IMG/VR virus record: IMGVR_UViG_3300037507_003370
Span: 142,292 to 206,291 of that record
DNA length: 64,000 nucleotides
Strand: one strand, 5' to 3'
Source: a virus
Taxonomy: Duplodnaviria; Caudoviricetes
Shown piece by piece: positions 63,893-64,000 of the stretch. A program made the translations under genes and the position numbers. The notes under the pieces are model-generated. The model saw only the letters and a list, made by a program, of their open reading frames with translations. It was not told where the DNA came from and did not search any database. Position 1 is the stretch's first letter, and each line of letters starts with the position of its first letter.

Positions 63893-64000
63893 TATGTTGT
63901 CCTTTCAAGTAGTCAACCATATATCTTGCAGTATCTTCAGCATTATTACCTCCAAGATAATAACCATACATCATATCCCACAATTTATCAAAGTGTTTTC

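Noticed and set aside
1-64000. CRISPR array, reverse transcriptase (retron/DGR), integrase, transposase, terminal repeats
   Set aside because: No regularly spaced repeats and no RT, integrase or DDE motifs were seen in the sequence or the ORF track.
1-64000. Stop-codon reassignment (alternative genetic code)
   Set aside because: Recognisable genes are full length under code 11, and TAA, TAG and TGA all terminate genes at tight junctions.

Overview
This window is a 64-kb internal segment of a large, AT-rich, gene-dense dsDNA bacteriophage genome. Evidence: rIIA/rIIB, a phage-type ATP-dependent ligase, ThyX, HNH and EndoVII nucleases, a holin-like gene, dozens of small hypothetical ORFs, and no housekeeping operons. 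Almost all genes are on the minus strand, except a seven-gene glycosyltransferase cassette (15770-22495) and one HNH gene (61661-62290). Contents from left to right: (1) membrane/virion-like genes, ClpP, a sigma70-type factor, and two host-derived folds with lost catalytic residues (DeoC-like, bacterioferritin-like); (2) GuaC and a large glycosylation island; (3) a translationally coupled protease-protease-membrane protein-actin-protease operon whose actin resembles haloarchaeal volactin/salactin; (4) RuvB with a zinc-finger/RuvA-domain-III partner, a RepB-type primase and rIIAB; (5) an early-type region with at least 11 sigma70-like promoters (a 12th lies at 11586-11613), many carrying a CGATA spacer motif. 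RNA genes read directly from the sequence, and absent from the ORF track, are a tRNA-Leu(UAA) split by a 197-nt group I intron, a complete tmRNA (tag (A)GEVNLALAA) and a tRNA-Ile(UAU). There are also three unassigned structured RNA candidates, one with a predicted pseudoknot and its own promoter. Family assignments come from motif recognition by eye and from memory; no searches were run. The host is unknown, with only a weak hint of PVC/Planctomycetota from the trypsin-like proteins.
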